A program made the position numbers and the translations under genes. A DNA stretch of 64,000 nt from an uncultured bacterium (GTDB lineage: Bacteria > Planctomycetota > UBA1135 > GCA-002686595). The stretch's first letter is position 1; each line of letters begins with the position of its first letter. The notes beneath the pieces are model-generated. The model searched no databases. It was given only the letters and a program-made list of their open reading frames with translations, and was not told where the DNA came from. The stretch covers positions 214,032 to 278,031 of the forward strand of contig CALSNU010000005.1 in assembly GCA_943787795.1 (NCBI GenBank). Direction: 5' to 3'. Of the stretch, positions 9,203 through 17,650 are shown in pieces.

Positions 9203-10180
9203 TCAGCGCTCGATTCGCCGCGCCGCGAGCGCGCGCTCGGGCACCGGACGCAGGTCCCAGACGAGGCCCACGGAGGAGAGCGCCTTCAGGATGTAGTACG
9301 ACACGTCGAACTCCCACCAGTAGAAGCCCTGTCGCGCGGACGCGGGATAGTGGTGGTGGTTGTTGTGCCAGCCTTCGCCCAGGGTGATGAGCGCGATGAG
9401 GAAGCTGTTACGGCTGGTGTCCTTGGTCGCGAAGCGGCGAGTGCCAAAAACGTGCGCCAACGAGTTCACGGTGAACGTTCCGTGGTAGAGCGCGATGGTC
9501 GAGACCACGAAGCCCCAGACGAGCATCTGCCAGCCGTTCGTCCCGAGGCCGGGGGCCCACTTCTCGAGCGCGACGCCCAGCAGGAACACGGAGACACCCA
9601 GCAAGGTGGGGGCGACAATGTCGAAGCGGTCGAGGAAGCGCAGCTCCGGGAACTTCGAGAAGTCCTTCACCCGCTCGAGTCGCGTCGCGAAGTTACCGCG
9701 GTCGAGCACCCAGCCGACGTGGCTCCAGAAGAAGCCGCGCTGGGTCGGCGAGTGGATGTCCTCGGGCTCGTCGGAGAACTCGTGGTGGTGGCGGTGATGG
9801 GCGGCCCACCACAGCGGGCCCCGCTGCGCAGCGCTGGCCCCGATCGCCGCGAGACAAAACTGTCCGAAGCGTGAGGTGCGGAAGGCACGGTGGCTGAAGT
9901 ACCGGTGGTAGCCCGCCGTGATCGCGAACATCCGCAGCACGTAGAGCCCGACCGCGACGCCGACGGCGACCCAGGAGAAGCCCACCACGAACACAAACAG
10001 GCAGGCCGCGTGCATGGCGAGGAAGGGGACAACGCGTCCCCAGTCGATCTTCGACTTGGTGGCGACGTCCTCGAGGGCGGCCACGTCCTCGGGAGCAGCG
10101 ACCGCGTCGTTCGCGGTGCCGTTCCAGGAATCGAACCACCGAATCACGGCGAGGGACGAGCGCTTGAGAGCAGCTTGCAT
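9203..10180 (-). CDS. Delta-9-type acyl-CoA/acyl-lipid fatty acid desaturase
   Basis: Three His boxes: HRYFSH, HHRHHH and GEGWHNNHH. Confidence 0.92.
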   Translation of the reverse strand: MQAALKRSSLAVIRWFDSWNGTANDAVAAPEDVAALEDVATKSKIDWGRVVPFLAMHAACLFVFVVGFSWVAVGVAVGLYVLRMFAITAGYHRYFSHRAFRTSRFGQFCLAAIGASAAQRGPLWWAAHHRHHHEFSDEPEDIHSPTQRGFFWSHVGWVLDRGNFATRLERVKDFSKFPELRFLDRFDIVAPTLLGVSVFLLGVALEKWAPGLGTNGWQMLVWGFVVSTIALYHGTFTVNSLAHVFGTRRFATKDTSRNSFLIALITLGEGWHNNHHHYPASARQGFYWWEFDVSYYILKALSSVGLVWDLRPVPERALAARRIER

Positions 10181-11292
10181 CAGGAGTTCACTTCTTGGCC
10201 GACCGAACCGTCCGCGTTCGCGGGCGAGGTGCTGGCTGTATCAACTGTAGTGGGGGCGAGACGGTAGTGAGAGACGGCCCACTCCGACCCGTTGCGGAAG
10301 CCGAAGAGCTCCTCGCAAGCGAGGAAGAAGATGCGCCAGCGCTGGAGCCATGTCCCAGCCGCCGCACCATAGGTGTCTCTTAGCACGGGCATGATGGCGT
10401 CTTTGCGGTTTTCGAGGTTCTCTCTCCAGAGTTTAGCTGTCCTCGAATAGTGGCGACCATTGACCACATCGTGCTGCTCGACGGTGAAGGGCAGCGAGTC
10501 GCGCTGGGTGAGGGCCACGAGCAGATCATCGGCGGGCATCATGCCGCCGGAGAAGAAGTGCTCGCTCATCCAGTCGGTGTCGTCCTTCACATCGAAGGGG
10601 TAGTTCAGCGTCTTGTGGGTGAAGACGTGGATGAACATGCGACCTGCGTCACCGAGCCACCCGCGGGCACGACCGAGGAGCTCGGGCCAGTTCCGCATGT
10701 GCTCGAACATCTCCACGGAGACGATCCTGTCGTAGCGGAACCCCTCGGGGCGCCCCTGGAGCGCGTCGAACTCGTTCATGTCGGCCGTGATGACCTCGAC
10801 GTTCGTCAGCCCCCGCTCCTCGGCGCACTCGAGGATGAAGCGGCGCTGGGGCGCCGAGTTGGAGACCGCGGTGATGGTCGAGTTCGGGTAATGGGCGGCC
10901 ATCCACAGCGTGAGTGAGCCCCATCCGCAGCCCATCTCAAGGACGGCCTGGCCGTCCGCGAGCTGGGCGCGCTCGCAGGTGAGCTCCAGCATGCGGGCCT
11001 CCGCCGTGCCCAGGTCCTCGTCGCCGCGCTCGAAGAAGCAGGAGCTGTACTTGAGGTGAGGCCCGAGGGACTTCAGGAAGAACCCGGGGGGGACCTCGTA
11101 GTGCTGCTCGTTCGCCTTCTCGGGCACGTCAGCCACCGGTCCGCGCTCCATCTCCTCGATCCACGCGTCGGTGGAGCTCGTCGGACTCGCCGCCTCGTCG
11201 TCGAGACGTTGCACCAGGAGCCGCCGGACGCCCATCCGGAGGAGCGGCAGGGGGACGAGGCCCTTGTCGACGAATTTCAGCGCGGTCTTCAT
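10180..11292 (-). CDS. Second CFA-like SAM-dependent methyltransferase (coclaurine-N-methyltransferase-like subgroup)
   Basis: ANEQHYEVP, LKYSSC, LEMGCGWGS, SVEMFEHMRN, HFFSGGMMP, WRIFFLACEELFG. Start placed at MKTALKF (11292). Confidence 0.88.
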   Translation of the reverse strand: MKTALKFVDKGLVPLPLLRMGVRRLLVQRLDDEAASPTSSTDAWIEEMERGPVADVPEKANEQHYEVPPGFFLKSLGPHLKYSSCFFERGDEDLGTAEARMLELTCERAQLADGQAVLEMGCGWGSLTLWMAAHYPNSTITAVSNSAPQRRFILECAEERGLTNVEVITADMNEFDALQGRPEGFRYDRIVSVEMFEHMRNWPELLGRARGWLGDAGRMFIHVFTHKTLNYPFDVKDDTDWMSEHFFSGGMMPADDLLVALTQRDSLPFTVEQHDVVNGRHYSRTAKLWRENLENRKDAIMPVLRDTYGAAAGTWLQRWRIFFLACEELFGFRNGSEWAVSHYRLAPTTVDTASTSPANADGSVGQEVNS

Positions 11293-11419
11293 GGCAACGT
11301 GGGGGCGGTGATGGGCCTTGGTTCGGGGCTCTGATTCAGGGCCGCAGATTCGGGGCGCAGGCGAAGCGACGGTCCGGCGCGGGTGCGGAGCGCGGCGGCC
11401 GACCTCTGCCTGCGTGATC

Positions 11420-11448
11420 TTCGCCCGGTGGCTCCCGGCGGATGAGCC
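11420..11448 (-). promoter_or_regulatory. Putative ECF (SigK-type) promoter for the lipid-modification operon
   Basis: Minus strand reads GGC-TCATCC-gccgggagccaccggg-CGAA (16-nt spacer), about 130 nt upstream of the ATG at 11292. Confidence 0.7.
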
Positions 11449-11593
11449 GAGGTGCCCGCCCAGCGGGCGCAAAGGGTAAGGGACCGCGGCGGCCGCGGGG
11501 ATTCTTGACCGCCTCCAGTGTCCCGGAGTTCGGCCCTCCCCCGGTGGGGTCTGGGTCATGATGCTGAGGAAGGCCACAGCCGGGGAGGGGCAG

Positions 11594-11622
11594 GGCTCAT
11601 CCGGCCCCGGGCGCACGGCGAA
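11594..11622 (+). promoter_or_regulatory. Putative ECF (SigK-type) promoter for the alpha/beta hydrolase
   Basis: GGC-TCATCC-ggccccgggcgcacgg-CGAA, with the same boxes and spacing as the divergent copy at 11448-11420. Confidence 0.7.
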
Positions 11623-11722
11623 CCCCCTCAGCGGTGGAGGGTCGAGGGGTCGCTCCACGGCCCCGCGCCTCGTCGCGAGCGTAAGTTGATTCCAGAGCGC
11701 AGGCTGCGCAGGTGAAGGGCCG

Positions 11723-12799
11723 GTGATGCGTACAAGATCGGTAACAGAAGGCGCCCCCAGGGGCGGTCAAGCGTTGAGGTGGCTCCTGGTCGTTGCGGCC
11801 TCGGGACTCATGGTCTCGGGGGCGGTGATCGGCGGCTGCGGCTCGATGGCGGTGGAGGAGGTCAAGCAGGAGACCCTGTCGCTGCCGAAGAACGCTCGGC
11901 TCCTCGAGCACCTCAGAGCTGGAGTCCTCACGGGCACCGGGGAGCCTTGGATGGCGGCCTACCTGCCCTCCCTGCCGCTCGACGCCCGTGCTGCAGGCTC
12001 TGAGGCTCCTCCGGTGAGCGAGGCCCCCGGCCCCATCGTGCTGGTCCACGGGACCCCGGATGGCATGGGTGCCTGGACCCGGGTCCTCTTCGGTGAGGAC
12101 GGCCTGGCGGGCCAGGAGGACATCTACGCCCTCGAGGTGCTGGGGCACGGCATGCTCGGGGTCGAAGAGGGGACCGTGACCTTCCAGCGCTGTGCGGATC
12201 ACGTGGCGGCCACGCTCGGGGCGCTTGGCCTGACCGGGGTGACCCTGGTGGGAAACTCCTACGGCGGTGAGTTTTGCTGGCGCGCCGCCCTCGATCACCC
12301 CGATCTGATCTCGAAGGTGGTGCTGATCGACTCCTCGGGCCTGCCCCGGACCCGGGAGCAGTTCCTGAGCGAGGAGGTCAAGATGCGCGAGTGGTCCATC
12401 GCCCGCCTGGGGTACCTCGCCAACACCGAGCCTCGGGTGGCCTCGGCGCTGGACCCGCACTTCGACGGCGCCGCTGACCCGGGGCGGGTCAACGAGGTCT
12501 TCCTTGCGCTTCAGAACCGCGGGAACTGGAACGCGATGATCGACCTCGTCCGGGACGAGAACGGGTCCCGGGCGCTGGAGCTGGCGGGCTTGGACGCGCC
12601 GACGCTGCTCATCTGGGGTGAGCTCGACCAGGCCTATCCCCCCGCGACGTTCGGGGCCACCTTCGCTGAGCGGATCCCCTCGGCGCGGCTCGTCGTCGTG
12701 GAGGGGGCGGGCCATTACCCGCACGAGCAGTCACCCGCGCGGGTGGCTCGCGAGATCCTGGCCTTCCATCGGTCGGGCCTCGGCGGCGCCGGCCGTTGA
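11723..12799 (+). CDS. Alpha/beta fold hydrolase, probable lipoprotein
   Basis: Signal peptide ending VIGGC; LVHGTP, nucleophile GNSYGG, WGELD, GAGHYPH. Confidence 0.85.
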   Translation: MMRTRSVTEGAPRGGQALRWLLVVAASGLMVSGAVIGGCGSMAVEEVKQETLSLPKNARLLEHLRAGVLTGTGEPWMAAYLPSLPLDARAAGSEAPPVSEAPGPIVLVHGTPDGMGAWTRVLFGEDGLAGQEDIYALEVLGHGMLGVEEGTVTFQRCADHVAATLGALGLTGVTLVGNSYGGEFCWRAALDHPDLISKVVLIDSSGLPRTREQFLSEEVKMREWSIARLGYLANTEPRVASALDPHFDGAADPGRVNEVFLALQNRGNWNAMIDLVRDENGSRALELAGLDAPTLLIWGELDQAYPPATFGATFAERIPSARLVVVEGAGHYPHEQSPARVAREILAFHRSGLGGAGR

Positions 12800-12881
12800 G
12801 CCCCGCCGGCGGTTGAGCCCCGACTGCCGTTTAGCCCCGACTGCCGCTGAGCCTCGCCTGCCGCTGAGCCTCGCCTGCCGC
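12797..12881 (+). repeat. Tandem 17-bp repeat x5 (TGAGCCYCGMCTGCCGY-like)
   Basis: Units start at 12797 (the stop codon), 12814, 12831, 12848 and 12865. Confidence 0.8.
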
Positions 12882-13085
12882 CAGCGGGGCCCCTCAGCTC
12901 TGCCTTTCCCGCTCCCCGGGTCCACCGGCCACGCGTACGAGCTGCGGGCCTGGCCGCCGGAGCGGTGACGGCGCTCGGGAGCCGTACAAGAGACGTCCGG
13001 AGGGGCCCTCCAGGGGAGCCTGATACGAGGCTCCTGCGAAGTGACCGTTGGAAGGGATCTCGCGAGGTGGTCTCGCTAGGTGGTC

Positions 13086-15101
13086 TCAGCGGCGGGCCCG
13101 GCGTCGACCGCGCCGCTTCTTCGCAGCCTTCAGCCCCGTGGGGTCCCCCTCTCCAGCCGGGATCCAGCCCTCGGGCGGGGCCTTGCCCTGGACCTCGAGC
13201 AGGAACCGAGAGGGGTGGCGAGCGATCTTCTGGCCGCCCCGCGCCCGCTCAGCGCACCACGAGAGCGTGAGCGCGCGCTGGGCCCGGGTGATCCCGACAT
13301 AGGCGAGCCTTCGCTCCTCCTCGACGCCATCCTCGGCAGCCGCCCGCTGGTGGGGGAGGACGCCCTCCTCAAGGCCGACGAGGTAGACACGTGGATACTC
13401 GAGCCCCTTGGAGGAGTGGAGGGTCATGAGCGTCACCGCCTGTCGGCGGGCCGCGTCCTCCGCGGAGTCACTGTCGGATGCGCTGAGGCTCAGCTCGTTG
13501 AGGAACCCCAGGAGCCCGGGGCGCTTTCGGCGGGAGGTGTAGTTCTCCGCGAAGTTGAAGACCTCCTCCACGGCGGCCCAGCGCTTCTCGAAGTCGGCCT
13601 CCTCCGGATAGAGGCGCCGGACCTCGTCTCGATAGGCCACCTCCTCCACGACCCTTCGGGCGAGCTCCACGAGGTCCTCCCCCTTGGGGTGGAGCCGGTG
13701 CACCTCCCGCAGCCGAGCCCGTAGCCCCTGGACGGCCTCGACGGCGCGCATGTTGATCTTCGGGATCTCCTGGGCGCGATCAAAGGCATCGGCCACCGAG
13801 ATCCCCTCATGGGTCGCGAACTCGAGGACGCGATCCAGGGTCGTCTTGCCCACACCACGCGGCGGCGAGTTGACGATCCGGAGCAGAGAGGCCTCGTCAC
13901 GAGGGTTCGCGACCACCCGCAGGTAGGCGAGCACATCGCGCACCTCCTTGCGGTCGAAGAAGCTCATGCCGCCCACGAGGACGTAGGGCACCTCCTTCAT
14001 GCGCAGCTCCGCCTCGAATGGCCGCGGTTGGACCGCGGTGCGGAACAGGATGGCGAAGTCCGAGTAGGCGTGCCCCTGGCTCACGAGGTGCTTGATCTCC
14101 GCGACCACCTTCTCGGCCTCCACCGACTCGTCGCGCATGGTCACGGCCATGAGCGGTTCCCCGTCGCCGATCGCGGAGCGCAGCGCCTTGTCGTGGCGGT
14201 TCGGGTTGTTCCTGATGACGCGGTTGGCGGCCCCGAGGATCTGAGCGGTCGAGCGGTAGTTGGTCTCCAGCTTGATCACCTTGGCGCCGGGGAAGCTCCG
14301 CTCGAACCCGAGGATCTTGGAGACGTCGGCTCCTCGCCAGCCGTAGATGCTCTGGTCGTCGTCCCCGACGACGCACAGGTGCTTCTCTGGCCCGGTGAGC
14401 TGGCAGACGATCTCGAACTGCACCCCGTTGGTGTCTTGATACTCGTCGACCAGGAGGTAGCGGTGGCGGGCCTGGAGCTCGAGCCGGATCGCCTTCTTCT
14501 CCCTCAGGAGCCGCAGGGTCTCGGTGAGCAGGTCGTCGAAGTCCACCCGCCGGCTTCGTCGCAGGACGTCGCGGTACTTCTCCCAGACACGGCCCACGAG
14601 CTCGTGCTTGCTGTCGCCGGCGCGAGCGAGGAAGGACTCCGGGGTCTCGAGCCGGTTCTTGGCCAGGGAGATCATCGACTGGATCTCCGGCACCTTCATA
14701 CGCGCCTCGGGGATGTGGAGCTCGCGCAGGCTCAGCTTCAGGATCGCGAGCTGGTCCGAGGAGTCCGCGATGGTGAAGCCCTCGGGGTACCCGATCTCGG
14801 CGGCGTACTCCCGGAGGGTGCGCAGGCAGAACGAGTGGAAGGTGCTGGCGATGACGGCGCTCGCCTTCTTCTTGCCCACCAGCTTCCCGAGGCGCTCACG
14901 CATCTCGGCGGCCGCCTTGTTGGTGAAGGTCATGGCCAGGATCTTCTCCGGCAGGACCCCGTTGCTGATGAGGTAGGCGATCCTCACCGTGATCACCCGG
15001 GTCTTGCCCGAGCCGGCCCCCGCGAGCACCAGAACGGGACCCGACGTCTGCGTCACAGCGGCGCGCTGCTCGGGGTTCAGACCTTCCAGAATCCGGCTCA
15101 T
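13086..15101 (-). CDS. SF1A ATP-dependent DNA helicase, Rep/UvrD family
   Basis: AGAGSGKT, TFTNKAA, DEYQD, VGDDDQSIY, NYRS, TLHSSKGLE, EERRLAYVGITRA. Confidence 0.95.
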   Translation of the reverse strand: MSRILEGLNPEQRAAVTQTSGPVLVLAGAGSGKTRVITVRIAYLISNGVLPEKILAMTFTNKAAAEMRERLGKLVGKKKASAVIASTFHSFCLRTLREYAAEIGYPEGFTIADSSDQLAILKLSLRELHIPEARMKVPEIQSMISLAKNRLETPESFLARAGDSKHELVGRVWEKYRDVLRRSRRVDFDDLLTETLRLLREKKAIRLELQARHRYLLVDEYQDTNGVQFEIVCQLTGPEKHLCVVGDDDQSIYGWRGADVSKILGFERSFPGAKVIKLETNYRSTAQILGAANRVIRNNPNRHDKALRSAIGDGEPLMAVTMRDESVEAEKVVAEIKHLVSQGHAYSDFAILFRTAVQPRPFEAELRMKEVPYVLVGGMSFFDRKEVRDVLAYLRVVANPRDEASLLRIVNSPPRGVGKTTLDRVLEFATHEGISVADAFDRAQEIPKINMRAVEAVQGLRARLREVHRLHPKGEDLVELARRVVEEVAYRDEVRRLYPEEADFEKRWAAVEEVFNFAENYTSRRKRPGLLGFLNELSLSASDSDSAEDAARRQAVTLMTLHSSKGLEYPRVYLVGLEEGVLPHQRAAAEDGVEEERRLAYVGITRAQRALTLSWCAERARGGQKIARHPSRFLLEVQGKAPPEGWIPAGEGDPTGLKAAKKRRGRRRARR

Positions 15102-15223
15102 GATGATGTCGCGCGCCGTCGGGCCGCGTCGGGTGCAAGACCCTAGCGATCAAGGGGAGCTGATCCCACCGATTTGGAGGCTCCCCCTCGCGCTTCCATT
15201 CAGCCGGCGTACGCTTCCGTCCG

Positions 15224-16003
15224 ATGGAACCTGTCGACGGAGAGCTCGTGAAATCAACCGGCAGCAAGACCAAGGCGATCGTGATCGGCGCCAGCTCTGG
15301 AATGGGGGCGTCCCTCGTTCGCCAGCTGGTGCGCGAGGGCCACGAGGTGGGTGGGGTCGCGCGCCGGGGCGAGGCCCTTGCCAGCCTCGCGCAGGAGCTG
15401 GACGGTGAGGCGGGGCGCCTCGTGCACCGCGCCCATGATGTGACGGATGCGGCAGACGCGCCCGGAGTCTTCGACGAGCTGGTCGCAGAGCTCGGGGGGC
15501 TCGACCTCTTCATCTACGCCGCGGGGGTCATGCCGGACGTCGGCCCCGAGGAGTACGACACCGAGAAGGACCTCGCCATGGTCGACGTCAACCTGGGCGG
15601 CTGCGTCACCTGGACCAACCTGGCGGCGCGCCTCTTCCACACCCAGCGGAGCGGGACGATCGTCGGGATCGGGTCGATCGCGGGGGACCGGGGCCGCAAG
15701 GGGGCTCCCGTCTACGGAGCGACCAAGGCCGCGCTGGCGACCTACTTCGAGTCCCTCAGGAATCGCCTGGCCGAGCGCCGGGTCAAGGTCGTCACGGTCA
15801 AGCCGGGCATGATCGTGACCCCCATGACCGCTCACCTCGACGAGCTCATGATGCCCGTGAGCGCTGAGCGCGCGGCGGCGGACATCCTCAAGGCAGCGCG
15901 CGGGCGGGCCTTTGATGTGCGTCACGTCCCGCTGCGATGGCTCCCGGTGAGCCTGATCATCCGGACGATCCCCTCGTTTCTCTTCCGGCGGATGAGCATC
16001 TGA
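15224..16003 (+). CDS. SDR oxidoreductase, DprE2-like
   Basis: GASSGMG and GSIAGDRGRKGAPVYGATK (YxxxK); coupled by TGATG to the DprE1-like gene. Confidence 0.8.
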   Translation: MEPVDGELVKSTGSKTKAIVIGASSGMGASLVRQLVREGHEVGGVARRGEALASLAQELDGEAGRLVHRAHDVTDAADAPGVFDELVAELGGLDLFIYAAGVMPDVGPEEYDTEKDLAMVDVNLGGCVTWTNLAARLFHTQRSGTIVGIGSIAGDRGRKGAPVYGATKAALATYFESLRNRLAERRVKVVTVKPGMIVTPMTAHLDELMMPVSAERAAADILKAARGRAFDVRHVPLRWLPVSLIIRTIPSFLFRRMSI

Positions 16004-17505
16004 TGCCGCCCTCTGAGTCGACGCTTGGATCCGCGCTCCCGCGGCGGAACCGCCCCACGCGCCTCGGTCCGGAGGCGGGTGTGGAGTACGTTGAGGGGTG
16101 GGGGATGAGCGCCGGCGCCCGTTCGCGGGTCTGGCGGCCGCGCTCCGCCGAGGAGGTCGCCACGGCGCTCGGCGCCGCGCGGGCTCGGGGGGCGTCGGTG
16201 GCGCTGCGCGGGTCGGGGTGCAGCTACGGCGACGCGAGCATCAACCGTGAGGGGGACGTCCTCGACGTGACCCGCATGAACCGGATCCTCGCCTTCGATG
16301 AGGAGACTGGCGTGGCGGACTGCGAAGGGGGGGTGACCATCCGGGACCTCTGGCGTCACGCGCTCCCCCGGGGCTACTGGCCCAAGGTGGTGTCCGGGAC
16401 GATGTTCCCGACCCTCGCAGGGGCCGCCGGGATGAACATCCACGGCAAGAACAACTACAAGGTCGGCACGATCGGCGACGCCATCGAGGACATCGACCTG
16501 GTGCTCCCGTCAGGCGAGCAGGTGCTCGCCAGCCGCGAGGAGCGGCCGGACCTCTTCCACGCGGCCGTCGGCGGCTTCGGGATGCTGGGCGCCATCACCC
16601 GGGTCCGCATCGCCACCAAGAAGATCCACTCCGGTGACATCGATGTCGCGGGGATCTCGGTGCCGAACATCGGCGCGATGATGGACTACGTGGACGCCCA
16701 CACGGGCACCGCCGACTACCTCGTGGGCTGGGTCGACTGCTTCGGCAGGGGCGACGCCGCGGGCCGGGGGCTGATCCACCACGCCCGCTACCTGGGCCCT
16801 GGGGAGGACCCCGCGCCGGAGCGGACCCTGCGGCTCGACTACCAGGCCTTGCCGTCCTCGATCCTCGGCTTCCCCAAGTCCGAGGTCTGGCGAATCCTCC
16901 GCTTGCTCGCCAACGATCCGGGCATGCGCCTCCTGAACTTCACGAAGCACCAGATGGGGAAGCTCGAGCAGCGGAAGGGCTGGTATCGCCAGTCCCACGC
17001 GGCCTTCAACTTCCTGCTCGACTTCGTGCCCAACTGGAAGTTCGCCTACGGTTGCAAGCCCGGGACCGGACTGATCCAGTACCAGGTGTTCCTCCCCGCG
17101 GCGTCCGCCCACGACGGGTTCAAGGAGATCCTCCGCCGGCAGCAGCAGCGCGGCCTCGTCTCGTACCTCGGGGTGCTGAAGCGGCACCGGCCGGACCCTT
17201 TCTTGCTCACTCACGGCCTCGACGGCTGGTCCATGGCCATGGACTTCAAGGTCTCCGACGAGCGGCGGCATGACGTCTCCTCCATGTGTGACGAGCTCAC
17301 CCGGTTGGTGCTCGAGCGCGGCGGGCGGTTCTACTTCGCCAAGGACTCGGTCCTCGGGCCACGCGCGGTGGAGGCCATGTACGACCGTGACAAGCTCGCG
17401 GCCTTCCGCGGCCTGAAGGCGGAGTACGACCCGGACGACCTCCTGCAGACGGACCTGTGGCGCCGGGCCTTCGGTGAGGCCGGCGTCTACACGATGTCGG
17501 CCTGA
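16003..17505 (+). CDS. FAD-binding oxidoreductase, DprE1-like (VAO family)
   Basis: RGSGCSYGD, NIHGKN, VGGFGMLG, YLVGWVD, SYLGVLK, GGRFYFAKDS. Confidence 0.82.
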   Translation: MPPSESTLGSALPRRNRPTRLGPEAGVEYVEGWGMSAGARSRVWRPRSAEEVATALGAARARGASVALRGSGCSYGDASINREGDVLDVTRMNRILAFDEETGVADCEGGVTIRDLWRHALPRGYWPKVVSGTMFPTLAGAAGMNIHGKNNYKVGTIGDAIEDIDLVLPSGEQVLASREERPDLFHAAVGGFGMLGAITRVRIATKKIHSGDIDVAGISVPNIGAMMDYVDAHTGTADYLVGWVDCFGRGDAAGRGLIHHARYLGPGEDPAPERTLRLDYQALPSSILGFPKSEVWRILRLLANDPGMRLLNFTKHQMGKLEQRKGWYRQSHAAFNFLLDFVPNWKFAYGCKPGTGLIQYQVFLPAASAHDGFKEILRRQQQRGLVSYLGVLKRHRPDPFLLTHGLDGWSMAMDFKVSDERRHDVSSMCDELTRLVLERGGRFYFAKDSVLGPRAVEAMYDRDKLAAFRGLKAEYDPDDLLQTDLWRRAFGEAGVYTMSA

Positions 17506-17650
17506 GACGATCCTCGGCCGCTGCCCCTGAAGTTCGGGGGCGGGCGGCGTGGATCCCCCTGCGCGTCTTCCTCCTGGGAGCCGATGCGAGTACGGTCCGC
17601 CCCGGCCGCGACGCCGCCTGACTCGCAGGCGGCGCGGCCGTCTCCTTCAA

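Noticed and set aside
7574..9874. Long alternative-frame ORFs (7574..9874 +, also 30136..32382 -, 43128..45158 -, 54458..56458 -)
   Set aside because: Each lies antisense to a well-supported gene and lacks motifs, as expected in high-GC DNA.
13086..15101. UvrD helicase as an anti-phage defence component
   Set aside because: Canonical housekeeping Rep/UvrD length and motifs, with no nuclease partner.
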